Shown here in pieces: positions 37,012 through 48,316 of a DNA stretch of 54,845 nt (within the stretch, counting starts at the first letter, position 1; each line of letters starts with the position of its first letter). The DNA comes from an uncultured Bacilli bacterium (GTDB taxonomy: Bacteria; Bacillota_I; Bacilli_A; RF39; UBA660). The position numbers were made by a program, and so were the translations under genes. Under the pieces are notes generated by a model. It was given only the letters and a program-made list of their open reading frames with translations, had not been told where the DNA came from and ran no database searches. The stretch covers positions 1 through 54,845 of the forward strand of contig CANRKD010000001.1 of the NCBI GenBank assembly GCA_947631105.1, in the 5' to 3' direction.

Positions 37012-38808
37012 CTATATTACACCTTCTTTTACTTTTTTATATTCTTCTATTTGATTATCAAAAAATTCTACAGCATTAGAAAAAACTTTATCATCTTTGA
37101 GATCAATACCTAAAGTTTTGTAAATTTCTTCTGGATACATATTGGAACCACATTTCAAGAAAGTTTTATATTTCTCTAAGAATCCCTCTTCTTCACTTAA
37201 TATTTTTTGAGACACATAAGCTGCAATACTCACACACAAAGCATAACTATATAAATAAAAATGCATATAATAGTGACTTCTAGTTACCCATGATAAACAA
37301 TCATAAGAATCGGATTTTATCACATTTCCTAAATATTCTTTTTTAGAATTCTTTACTAAACTATTTAAATAATCTGCTGTAATGACATTTCCCTCTTCGA
37401 CATATTGGTACATTTTTTGCTCAATTTCTGCTTCCATAATGGCATCAAAAAAATTATTTTGAAAAGTTTTTAATGTATGTTCAATTCCTTGCAAACGTTC
37501 TTCTTTTGTCTTACCATTTTTGGTAATATAAGCATTCGTCAAAAATTCATTTGTTAAAGATGCCACTTCTGCAATAAAAGAAGAAGAATCACGATAATGA
37601 ACAGGATTATTTTTGGAAATGTATTGATGATGAACATTATGACCAGCTTCATGGGCTATCGTTAAAACATTATCAAAACTACCATTAAAACTTAAAACAA
37701 TACGAGAATCATGATTATAAGTTGAAAAACTATATCCTCCACTTACTTTTCCTTTATATTGACAATAATCAATATAATGATTATTAAAAACTTTTAACAA
37801 ATGACTTTGATAATCTTGACCTAAAATACTTAAAGCTTCTGTAATTAACTTTTCAGTTTGTTCAATCGTATAAGTTTTATCACTTTTACCCCAATCCAAC
37901 AAAGTATCATAATTATGTAATGTTTTTACCTTAATATTATCTTTTACTAATTTAAAATAATTTTGCCAAGATTTTTTATGATTTTTAGCTGCTTTTTTTA
38001 GAGCTTCAAACACATCATTACTAATATGAATCGCCTCTAATTTTGCTGCCCAGGAAGAAGAATAATTACGAATGCGAGCAAGATTTACATGATTTTTAAC
38101 ATATTGATTTAATAAATTACTTTCAGTATTTTGATATTGAGCTATTGTTTTGTTAAATTTTTGATAAGCACTTTTTCTAATTTTTTCGTCTTTATTTTGT
38201 TTTAAAAATCGCAAATTATTTGCAGCAATTTCAATCACTTTGCCATCTACTTTCAATTTGCCATAATTATGCTCGCTATTAATTAAACTAGAAGAAATAT
38301 TTTCATAACTATCAAAAGTATCTGTTAATATTGAAATCAATTTTTCTTCTGTTTCACTTAATATATGTGTTTTTAAAGCATAAACATCTTCTAATAAAAT
38401 ACGGTATGCTTCTAAATTTTTATTTTCATGAAATAATTTTTCAAAATTCTCTCTATCTAAAGTTAAAAGCAATGGTTGAAAAAAAGCTGTTTCTTCTTCG
38501 TATTTAGTAAACAACGAAGAAATTTTATTTTTCATTTCAATATAGATTGGATTATCTAAATCTACGTCATGAGATAAATAAGCATACACATACAAATCTA
38601 GAAGTTCACTAGATAAATTCAAACTTTTAGCTAGATAATCCTCTACCATTTTTGCAGTTATTTTTTGATTTTGAAAATACTTAATTTCTTGAATATTTTG
38701 CTTTGCTTTTTGGTAATTCAGCTCCCATTCTTGATCATTTTTGTAAAAATCAGTTAAATCAAACCTATATTTTTCAGGTACTTCAGCACGATTTTTATAT
38801 TCTATCAT
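37012..38808 (-). CDS. pepF: oligoendopeptidase F (M3B metallopeptidase)
   Basis: The HEAGH zinc motif is present ([12 protein letters not shown]). About 598 aa. AGGAAGGAA lies upstream of the ATG at 38808. The stop lies 2 nt from the dnaJ start. Confidence 0.85.
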   Translation of the reverse strand: MIEYKNRAEVPEKYRFDLTDFYKNDQEWELNYQKAKQNIQEIKYFQNQKITAKMVEDYLAKSLNLSSELLDLYVYAYLSHDVDLDNPIYIEMKNKISSLFTKYEEETAFFQPLLLTLDRENFEKLFHENKNLEAYRILLEDVYALKTHILSETEEKLISILTDTFDSYENISSSLINSEHNYGKLKVDGKVIEIAANNLRFLKQNKDEKIRKSAYQKFNKTIAQYQNTESNLLNQYVKNHVNLARIRNYSSSWAAKLEAIHISNDVFEALKKAAKNHKKSWQNYFKLVKDNIKVKTLHNYDTLLDWGKSDKTYTIEQTEKLITEALSILGQDYQSHLLKVFNNHYIDYCQYKGKVSGGYSFSTYNHDSRIVLSFNGSFDNVLTIAHEAGHNVHHQYISKNNPVHYRDSSSFIAEVASLTNEFLTNAYITKNGKTKEERLQGIEHTLKTFQNNFFDAIMEAEIEQKMYQYVEEGNVITADYLNSLVKNSKKEYLGNVIKSDSYDCLSWVTRSHYYMHFYLYSYALCVSIAAYVSQKILSEEEGFLEKYKTFLKCGSNMYPEEIYKTLGIDLKDDKVFSNAVEFFDNQIEEYKKVKEGVI

Positions 38809-38859
38809 AAACAATTCCTTCCTAAATCTTAGAAAAGCTCTAGTTTCCTAGAACTTTCT

Positions 38860-41288
<2,429 letters not shown>

Positions 41289-41300
41289 ATATTTCCTTTC

Positions 41301-42305
41301 TTACTCTTCCTCTTCATTTAATTCTTTTTTTAAATAATTAAGAAGCCCAACAACTCGATCATATTCCATTCTTTTAGGACCAACAATCGCTATTGTTCCT
41401 TCCTCACCATTCATTTTATATTTACTTTTTATTACAGTTACATTAGAATCAAAAGAATTCTCTTCTCCAATGTATACTTTTACTTCTCCATCATCTATAT
41501 CTTCTTCAATCCTTTTTACAAAATTCGGATCTTCAAATTTTGTCGCCAGACGTTTAATTTCTAAAGCATTATTATATTCAGGCTCATCAAATATTTTTGT
41601 TTTACCTCCAAAGTAAATATTTTGACTACGGTTTAAAAAATCATTAAATGCATCAGCAAATATATTATATACTGTTTCATATTGTTTAATTTGTCTACTT
41701 ATGATAGGTTTAATTTCAAATTCTAATCTTTTAGAAACCTCATTAATTGGAGTTCCAACCAACATTTTATTAATTATTTCGCTAGTTTTAACAATCTCTT
41801 GAATTTCAGTCGAATCTTTTAATATAAATTGCTTATTTTCTACTATGCCTTTATCTGTACATACTAAAGCAATAATTTTATTATTTTCTATAGGAATAAT
41901 ATCTACTTTTTTTAAATTATTTTCATTTGAACTTTTTCCTAAAATAATACTTGTATAATTAGTAAGTTCGCTGATAATTTCTACTGTTTTATTAATAGAA
42001 TCGCTTAATTCAAGCTCGTGATTACTAAAAATTGTTTGTAATTTTAAAACATCTTCACCTGTTAATTCTTTTGGTCTCATTAAATATTTTACATAATATT
42101 TATAACCAGCTTCACTAGGTATTCTCCCAGATGAAATATGATTCTTTTCTAATAAACCCATTTTCTCTAATTCAGACATTTCATTACGAATGGTGGCACT
42201 AGAACATTTAAATTTTTTACAAAGCGATTTTGAACCTATAGGTTTAACCGTTTTAATATAAGATTCTACAATTGCTTTTAAAATCTTTTTTTGTCTTTCG
42301 TCCAT
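41301..42305 (-). CDS. hrcA: heat-inducible transcription repressor HrcA
   Basis: The winged-helix N-terminus is present (RQKKILKAIVESYIKTVKPIGSKSL). It is the first gene of the dnaK operon, and CIRCE elements lie upstream. Confidence 0.92.
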   Translation of the reverse strand: MDERQKKILKAIVESYIKTVKPIGSKSLCKKFKCSSATIRNEMSELEKMGLLEKNHISSGRIPSEAGYKYYVKYLMRPKELTGEDVLKLQTIFSNHELELSDSINKTVEIISELTNYTSIILGKSSNENNLKKVDIIPIENNKIIALVCTDKGIVENKQFILKDSTEIQEIVKTSEIINKMLVGTPINEVSKRLEFEIKPIISRQIKQYETVYNIFADAFNDFLNRSQNIYFGGKTKIFDEPEYNNALEIKRLATKFEDPNFVKRIEEDIDDGEVKVYIGEENSFDSNVTVIKSKYKMNGEEGTIAIVGPKRMEYDRVVGLLNYLKKELNEEEE

Positions 42306-42317
42306 CCCATCACCTCT

Positions 42318-42344
42318 TTAGCACTCTACATATCAAAATGCTAA
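42318..42344. promoter_or_regulatory. CIRCE operator (promoter-proximal, in the 5' UTR of hrcA)
   Basis: The element is TTAGCACTC-N9-AAATGCTAA, against the consensus TTAGCACTC-N9-GAGTGCTAA. It abuts the AGAGGTGA RBS. Confidence 0.75.
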
Positions 42345-42348
42345 GCTT

Positions 42349-42377
42349 ATTATAATATTATGTTTAGCACTTGTCAA
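42349..42377 (-). promoter_or_regulatory. sigma-A promoter of the hrcA operon (TTGACA-17-TATAAT)
   Basis: On the minus strand, TTGACA lies at 42377-42372 and TATAAT at 42354-42349, with an exact 17-nt spacer. Confidence 0.75.
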
Positions 42378-42391
42378 TATATGAGTGCTAA
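42364..42391. promoter_or_regulatory. CIRCE operator overlapping the -35 box of the hrcA promoter
   Basis: TTAGCACTT-N10-GAGTGCTAA, with the TTGACA -35 hexamer overlapping the left arm and spacer. Confidence 0.75.
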
Positions 42392-42419
42392 TTTTTTGAT
42401 TTTTTACAAAAAAAAGAAA

Positions 42420-43673
42420 CTATACGTTTCTTTTGTTTCCTTCAACTAATTCATACTCATAATATTTATTTAAAACAGGCGTAATATTTTCCATTTCATC
42501 AGCTATTGCATTTTTCCAAAATCCATAACTTTCTTGATCTTGTGGTATATATAATTCTTGCATATATTCTACAATTGCATTTAAAGATTTTTTTATTTCT
42601 TCATTATCACTATAAAATAACATTTTATTATAATAATCTATAAATTTACTTAATGGATTTTTATAAGCATTCAATGCCTCTTTATTTATTACTTTAATAC
42701 ATTTCATAATTTCATTCTTTGATATATTTATTTTATACATTAAACTAATTAAATAAATTATTTCCTCTAATTTTAAAGGTTTAATTACTTTTTGTTCTTG
42801 TATATCATATAAAGACATAATTTCTCTAAATATATGATTATATTCTTTTTTCGACAATTGGTTATTTACTTTATTCGTCACAACATGAGGCCTTGTATTA
42901 CTTTTATTATTTAAACTATTATTGATTTTTTTTCTTTTTTGTTTTTCTATTTCATTTAACTTCACTGCTTTAAAATATTCACAATATTCTTTAGGAATGT
43001 TTAAAATTTCAAATGCTTTTGTCGTAATTTTTACATCTTTTTCATTAAGTTCACCTTTATCTAAAAAATGTCTTTTTACAACTTCAAGAGCTGTAACTTT
43101 GGGATCAACTACACAATCCATTTCTATATAATCCTCTAAAATAGATTTAAACAATTTTTCTGAACTAGTAAGTTGTTCTTCAGGTAGAAATAAAATTTCA
43201 ATATTAAAATTTGAACTACAAATATAGTTTAAAAACTGCTTTTGTATTTTTGGTGATAAATTTAACTGTTCTAAATGATTTTGATCAATAATTAAAGGCC
43301 TTCGATCCAATATTTCTACATCTTTTTCTAGCAAATAATTAACCACAATCATTCTTTCTTTATTACTAAAATTAAATTTATCTAAAAAATTCCATAAGTA
43401 GTTAAATTCAACAAAATATATACTTTTTGTTTCTGGATTAAAATTCATAATTTTCAATAAATCCTCGATAATCATATATTTTTTTTCAATATTTTCATTT
43501 ATTTTATATTTTTGAATTAAAAAATGATATATCTTTTCTTCAAGGTTGTCAGTTTCTTTTATATATTTACTCATTTCTGCACAAGCAAGATAAGTAAGTT
43601 TTTGAAATTCTAATAGTAAATTTTCTAATTCTTCTTCTAAAGATTTTTTAAATCGATCTAATACATCTTCCAT
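42420..43673 (-). CDS. hypothetical protein (417 aa, soluble, helical and K/E/N-rich)
   Basis: A long ORF with an AAAGGAG RBS and its own consensus promoter. I recognise no motif. Confidence 0.55.
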   Translation of the reverse strand: MEDVLDRFKKSLEEELENLLLEFQKLTYLACAEMSKYIKETDNLEEKIYHFLIQKYKINENIEKKYMIIEDLLKIMNFNPETKSIYFVEFNYLWNFLDKFNFSNKERMIVVNYLLEKDVEILDRRPLIIDQNHLEQLNLSPKIQKQFLNYICSSNFNIEILFLPEEQLTSSEKLFKSILEDYIEMDCVVDPKVTALEVVKRHFLDKGELNEKDVKITTKAFEILNIPKEYCEYFKAVKLNEIEKQKRKKINNSLNNKSNTRPHVVTNKVNNQLSKKEYNHIFREIMSLYDIQEQKVIKPLKLEEIIYLISLMYKINISKNEIMKCIKVINKEALNAYKNPLSKFIDYYNKMLFYSDNEEIKKSLNAIVEYMQELYIPQDQESYGFWKNAIADEMENITPVLNKYYEYELVEGNKRNV

Positions 43674-43703
43674 ATTTACTCTCCTTTTTATTTCAAGTTC
43701 GTT

Positions 43704-43732
43704 ATTATACTTTTCTTTGATATATCTGTCAA
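43704..43732 (-). promoter_or_regulatory. consensus sigma-A promoter (TTGACA-17-TATAAT) of the 417-aa orphan
   Basis: On the minus strand, TTGACA lies at 43732-43727 and TATAAT at 43709-43704, with a 17-nt spacer. Confidence 0.7.
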
Positions 43733-43788
43733 CAAAAATTTCTTGGATAATTCTTTTACAAACAATAAAAAGAGCATTTTCTTATATC

Positions 43789-43814
43789 AAAAAAAGTCTC
43801 AAATATTTGAGACT
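43789..43814 (-). terminator. intrinsic terminator of the hsp20 gene
   Basis: On the minus strand, GTCTCAAAT/ATTTGAGAC forms a hairpin followed by T7. Confidence 0.75.
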
Positions 43815-44234
43815 TTAATCTTCTATTTCGATATATTTTTTTGAAGGTATTTCTTTTTTTGTTTCTTTTTTAGGAATTGCCAATTTTAATGTTCCATTTT
43901 TAAATGTAGCTTTAATATCGTCATCTTTGATATCTTCTCCAACATAAAAGGAACGAGTTGCTTCGCCAAAATATCTTTCTCGACGAACATATTTTCCTTT
44001 ATCTTCTTCATTATTTTCTTTTTTCATAGAAGCAGTAATATTTAAATAGCCATTTTCAACATCAATTTTAATATTTTCCTTTTCATATCCTGGTAAATCT
44101 ACCAAAATATCATAATTGCTTTCATTTTCCTTAATATCTGTTCTCATAACTTTTGATTCATGATGATTAAAAAATGGATCATTAAATAACTCATCCCATA
44201 AATCAAAATTATTTTTTCTTGGTACCAACATCAT
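43815..44234 (-). CDS. Hsp20/alpha-crystallin family small heat-shock protein
   Basis: An alpha-crystallin core is present (YDILVDLPGYEKENIKIDVENGYLNITA ... ATFKNGTLKLAIPK). The start was chosen 9 nt downstream of the track start to give a workable spacing from GAAGGAGA. Confidence 0.88.
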   Translation of the reverse strand: MMLVPRKNNFDLWDELFNDPFFNHHESKVMRTDIKENESNYDILVDLPGYEKENIKIDVENGYLNITASMKKENNEEDKGKYVRRERYFGEATRSFYVGEDIKDDDIKATFKNGTLKLAIPKKETKKEIPSKKYIEIED

Positions 44235-44311
44235 TTGTATCATTCTCCTTCTTTCTTCTATATCATAACCATAAAAAGAATAATTTATACTTTTTATAGG
44301 TTATATCACAT

Positions 44312-46177
44312 TTATTTTGCTAAATAATCGCAAACTAGATTAGTAATTTCCGTAGGATTATCAATACTTAATCCTTCAATTAATCTTGCTTGAGCATATA
44401 AAACTTTACATAAATCTTTTAATTTTTCTTTATCAGTTTTATATAATGCCTGAACTTTTTTAGCAATTGGGTGAGATGCATTAATCTCTAAAATCTTTTC
44501 GGCATTAACATCTCCTCCATTAGGCATGGCATTCATAACTTTTTCCATTTCAATAGAAATTTCCCCAGCATTTCTTAAACAAACTGGATGATTTTTTAAA
44601 GTGTTTGTAAATTTAACATCTTTAACATTTATGGTTTCTTTCATAAATTCTAAAAGTTTTTTAGACTTATCATTTAATTTTTTTAATTCTTCTTTTTCGT
44701 CATCAGATTCTAAATCTAATTGATCACTACAAACATTTTTAAAATCTTTTTCTTGATATTTCATCAAAGTTTTTAAAACAAACTCATCTACATAATCAGT
44801 ACAATATAATACTTCTTTTCCTTTTTCAATTACAGCTTCTACTTGAGGTAATGTTTCAATTTGACTGATTGTATTACCACAAGCATAGTAAATATTTTTT
44901 TCTTTTTTATTTCTTTCTATATAATCCTCTAAAGTAATTAATTTCTTTTCTTTTGAAGAATAGAATAATAATAAATCTTGTAATTTGTCTTTATTCATAC
45001 CATAGTCATTGTAAACGCCCATTTTAATTTGTAGACCAAAAGCATCCCAAAACTTTTTATAATCATCAAATTTTTCTTTTAACATAGTTGTTAATTCAGT
45101 TTTTATATGTTTTTCAATATTCCCAGCAATTGTTTTTAAAACACGATTTTGTTGAAGCATCTCACGAGATATATTCAAAGATAAATCCGGTGAATCGACA
45201 ACTCCTTTAACAAAGCTAAAATAGTCTGGAATTAAATCAGCACATTTTTCCATAATAAGGACACCATTAGAATAAAGTTGTAAACCTTTTTCATAATCTT
45301 TAGAATAATAATCATAAGAAGCATGTGACGGAATATATAATAATGAATTATATTCTAGTGTTCCTTCTGCTTTCGTATGAATATGAGCAATCGGCGTTTC
45401 ATAATCAAAGAATTTATCAGAATAGAAAGTATTATATTCTTCCTCAGTAATATCATTTTTATTGCGTTTCCAAATAGGTACTAAACTATTTAAAATTTCC
45501 TCTTCTCGATATTCTTCGTATTCCCCTTCTTTATCTTTTTTAGGGCGACTTTTTGTAACTTCCATTCTTATTGGATACGTTATATAATCAGAGTATTTTT
45601 TTACTAATCTTTGAATTTCATATTCTTCTAAATAAGTATTATATTCTTCGTCATCATTTTTAATCGTTAAAATAATATCCGTTCCAATATTTTCTTTCTC
45701 ACAAGCAGTTATACTATACCCATCTACTCCACTAGATTCCCAAGTATAAGCTTCATCACTTCCATAAGCTTTTGATATTACTTTAACTTCGCTAGCGACC
45801 ATAAACGCTGAATAGAAACCTACACCAAATTGCCCAATTATATCAATATCTTCTTTTTTTTCATTGTCATTTTTAAAATCAAATGAACCACTTTTAGCAA
45901 TAGTACCTAAATTTGTTTCTAATTCTTCTTTAGTCATACCAATACCATTATCACTAATAGTTAAAGTTCTCGCATTTTTATCAATATCAATTGTAATAGC
46001 AAACTCTTCTTTTTTAATTTTAATATTATCATCTGTAAGTGATTTATAATGCAACTTATCAATAGCATCAGATGCATTAGAAATGATTTCTCTTAAAAAT
46101 ATTTCTTTATTCGTATAAATGGAATGAATCATCAAATCCATTAATCGTTTTGATTCGGCTTTGAATTGTTTTTTCAT
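44312..46177 (-). CDS. htpG: molecular chaperone HtpG (Hsp90)
   Basis: The GHKL N-domain is present (EIFLREIISNASDAIDK, GQFGVGFYSAF). 621 aa. Confidence 0.95.
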   Translation of the reverse strand: MKKQFKAESKRLMDLMIHSIYTNKEIFLREIISNASDAIDKLHYKSLTDDNIKIKKEEFAITIDIDKNARTLTISDNGIGMTKEELETNLGTIAKSGSFDFKNDNEKKEDIDIIGQFGVGFYSAFMVASEVKVISKAYGSDEAYTWESSGVDGYSITACEKENIGTDIILTIKNDDEEYNTYLEEYEIQRLVKKYSDYITYPIRMEVTKSRPKKDKEGEYEEYREEEILNSLVPIWKRNKNDITEEEYNTFYSDKFFDYETPIAHIHTKAEGTLEYNSLLYIPSHASYDYYSKDYEKGLQLYSNGVLIMEKCADLIPDYFSFVKGVVDSPDLSLNISREMLQQNRVLKTIAGNIEKHIKTELTTMLKEKFDDYKKFWDAFGLQIKMGVYNDYGMNKDKLQDLLLFYSSKEKKLITLEDYIERNKKEKNIYYACGNTISQIETLPQVEAVIEKGKEVLYCTDYVDEFVLKTLMKYQEKDFKNVCSDQLDLESDDEKEELKKLNDKSKKLLEFMKETINVKDVKFTNTLKNHPVCLRNAGEISIEMEKVMNAMPNGGDVNAEKILEINASHPIAKKVQALYKTDKEKLKDLCKVLYAQARLIEGLSIDNPTEITNLVCDYLAK

Positions 46178-46189
46178 TTTCCCTCTCCT

Positions 46190-46216
46190 TTAGCACTCTA
46201 ATTATTCAAATGCTAA
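46190..46216. promoter_or_regulatory. CIRCE operator in the htpG 5' UTR
   Basis: TTAGCACTC-N9-AAATGCTAA. The arms are identical to the hrcA-proximal element, and it abuts the AGGAGAGG RBS. Confidence 0.75.
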
Positions 46217-46220
46217 ACTG

Positions 46221-46249
46221 ATTATAGTACTAAAATTAGCACTTGTCAA
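46221..46249 (-). promoter_or_regulatory. sigma-A promoter of htpG (TTGACA-17-TATAAT)
   Basis: On the minus strand, TTGACA lies at 46249-46244 and TATAAT at 46226-46221, with a 17-nt spacer. Confidence 0.75.
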
Positions 46250-46263
46250 TATGAGAGTGCTAA
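46236..46263. promoter_or_regulatory. CIRCE operator overlapping the -35 box of the htpG promoter
   Basis: TTAGCACTT-N10-GAGTGCTAA, with TTGACA overlapping the left arm and spacer. The layout is the same as at hrcA. Confidence 0.75.
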
Positions 46264-46271
46264 TTTTTTTG

Positions 46272-47006
46272 TTATTCTATTTTTTTATTTATTTTTAGGA
46301 TCATTTGTTCTTCATCCCAATTTTGATGCTCAGCATAAAATTTTAAAAAATCCGAACTAGAAATATTCCTTAATAAGTATCTTTTTAAATTATGAGGGAG
46401 TTCTTGAATTAACTTATCGATTTTTTCATCGTTTAATGAATTGATTATGTTTCTTTGCAAAGCATCACAATATTCACTATATTTTCTCTGAAAAATCTCA
46501 GTGTTTGATAATTCTTCCGTAAAACTTTTCATGATATTGGCTAAATATTCATTTAAAATATTGGTAAATTCTCTACTATGTGCATTAAATTCTAAGATTA
46601 TTTTATCACAAGATATTCCTTCTTGTTCTTTATTTTCAAAAGGATATTCAAAACTCAAAGAAAAAGATGTTGAATATAAAGAAAAATCACTTATAGTAGA
46701 ATATTCGGTTAATAAATAAACAATTAATTGATTAATAACCGCAAAATCAACATATTCATCTAACCGATAAAAGTTTGAAGTAGATGAGCGTGAATTTTCA
46801 TTCCCATCTAAAAATCCAATGGCAGTAAGTGGTTTATTATCGTAAGTTGCTCCAAAAGTAATATATATTTCCATTACCGAATAAGAATCTGTCTCATACT
46901 TTCGTGGTTTCTTAAGTGGATGAATTCTTAATATTTCTTGTTTTATACTTTCTAGTAGGTCCTTTTGATTTATATTTATATTTTTATCCATAACCTTCAC
47001 CTTCAT
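46272..47006 (-). CDS. hypothetical protein (about 240 aa, soluble)
   Basis: A long ORF with no recognisable motif. The alternative start at MDKN (46991) has a better AAGGTGAAGG RBS. Confidence 0.5.
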   Translation of the reverse strand: MKVKVMDKNININQKDLLESIKQEILRIHPLKKPRKYETDSYSVMEIYITFGATYDNKPLTAIGFLDGNENSRSSTSNFYRLDEYVDFAVINQLIVYLLTEYSTISDFSLYSTSFSLSFEYPFENKEQEGISCDKIILEFNAHSREFTNILNEYLANIMKSFTEELSNTEIFQRKYSEYCDALQRNIINSLNDEKIDKLIQELPHNLKRYLLRNISSSDFLKFYAEHQNWDEEQMILKINKKIE

Positions 47007-47057
47007 TTCTATGTATCTGTCAGATCAATATTCATATAATTAATTATAATATAAACT

Positions 47058-47582
47058 TTAACGATTTTTTTCTTGATTAATTTCATTACTTTCTAATTCC
47101 ATAGAACTCATTTGCGAAAATGGAATTATGTTATTAATTCCTATTCCCCACACAATTTCACCAATTTTATTATTTGCTATAAATTCTTCATTTTGTTTAG
47201 GTAACATAGAGTTTATATTTAAATGATAAGTTGTAGTATATTTTTCTGGATTTATATTCTCAATCATTGAAATTTCAGGATTTGTAAAACTACGATATAT
47301 TCTTTCTATTTGTTTATCGTCTTCCAATCCCATATACAAATTATATGTACTCATTAAATCTCCCTCATAATGTTCAATTGTTACTAACACAATTTCACTA
47401 TAATTTTGCCATTCGCCATTTGCATTTTCAATCAAATGACGATCAGAAGTTTCTTTTATATTAGACGTTGAAGTACTATGAATAGCTAAAATGCCTGTCC
47501 CTAAAACTACCAAAACACTTTTGATAATTTTCCCTTTCATATTGGCTATATGTTTACTCTTTTTTATTTTTTGAATTTTCAT
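47058..47582 (-). CDS. hypothetical exported or membrane-anchored protein (174 aa)
   Basis: A K-rich N-terminus is followed by a hydrophobic segment (IIKSVLVVLGTGILAI). I recognise no motif. Confidence 0.5.
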   Translation of the reverse strand: MKIQKIKKSKHIANMKGKIIKSVLVVLGTGILAIHSTSTSNIKETSDRHLIENANGEWQNYSEIVLVTIEHYEGDLMSTYNLYMGLEDDKQIERIYRSFTNPEISMIENINPEKYTTTYHLNINSMLPKQNEEFIANNKIGEIVWGIGINNIIPFSQMSSMELESNEINQEKNR

Positions 47583-47709
47583 AAAAACACTTCCCTTTAA
47601 AATTTAATTTATATATTAATATATAAATTAAAAAAATTCAAACATCAAATTACTATCTAATGTTTTATTCTTTTTTATGCTACCTAATTAATCCAATCTA
47701 CTATATCCA

Positions 47710-48246
47710 CTAATTTTTTCTTGGTCTAGGATTAGGAAATTGATTAGCATATCCTAAATCTAAAGCACAATTTAGTTCTAAATCACTATAATGAACAAGA
47801 TTAGCAATTTCTGAAGCAACATAGCGCGTATCTCTAATCCATAAAGTCCCTAAACCTAATTCAGTTGCTCGTAAACACATATTTTCTATACATGTCCCAA
47901 TGGATAAATTATCTTCTACCAGCCAATTATCGTTCTTTTCTTTAAATACTAAAATCAATATGGGAGCTTGTTTTATAACATTAGCTGTTGCAATAACACT
48001 ACTAGGACATCCAATTTTTATGCGTTCCTCTTTGCTATTTCTTTTAGAAAAATCTTCTATCATTAAATCTGCAATTTGACTTTTAATATTACCTTGAACT
48101 ATAACAAAATACCAAGGTTGTCTATTTTTAGCTGACGGAGCAAGTCTTCCACAATTCAGAATATCTTCTATAATTTCTTTTGAAATTTTTAACTTTTTAA
48201 AATTTCTTATACTTCTTCTATCTTCTATCGCTTGTAAAACGTCCAC
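47710..48246 (-). CDS. nitroreductase-family flavoprotein
   Basis: The N-terminus AIEDRRSIRNF, APSAKNRQPW and a C-terminal nitroreductase fold are present. The gene has a GTG start. Confidence 0.8.
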   Translation of the reverse strand: MDVLQAIEDRRSIRNFKKLKISKEIIEDILNCGRLAPSAKNRQPWYFVIVQGNIKSQIADLMIEDFSKRNSKEERIKIGCPSSVIATANVIKQAPILILVFKEKNDNWLVEDNLSIGTCIENMCLRATELGLGTLWIRDTRYVASEIANLVHYSDLELNCALDLGYANQFPNPRPRKN

Positions 48247-48316
48247 TTACTCTGTACCTACTAAAAAAGTTATTTCTAAATAATTTTAACATATAATCCA
48301 TCATTTTTATAGTAAA

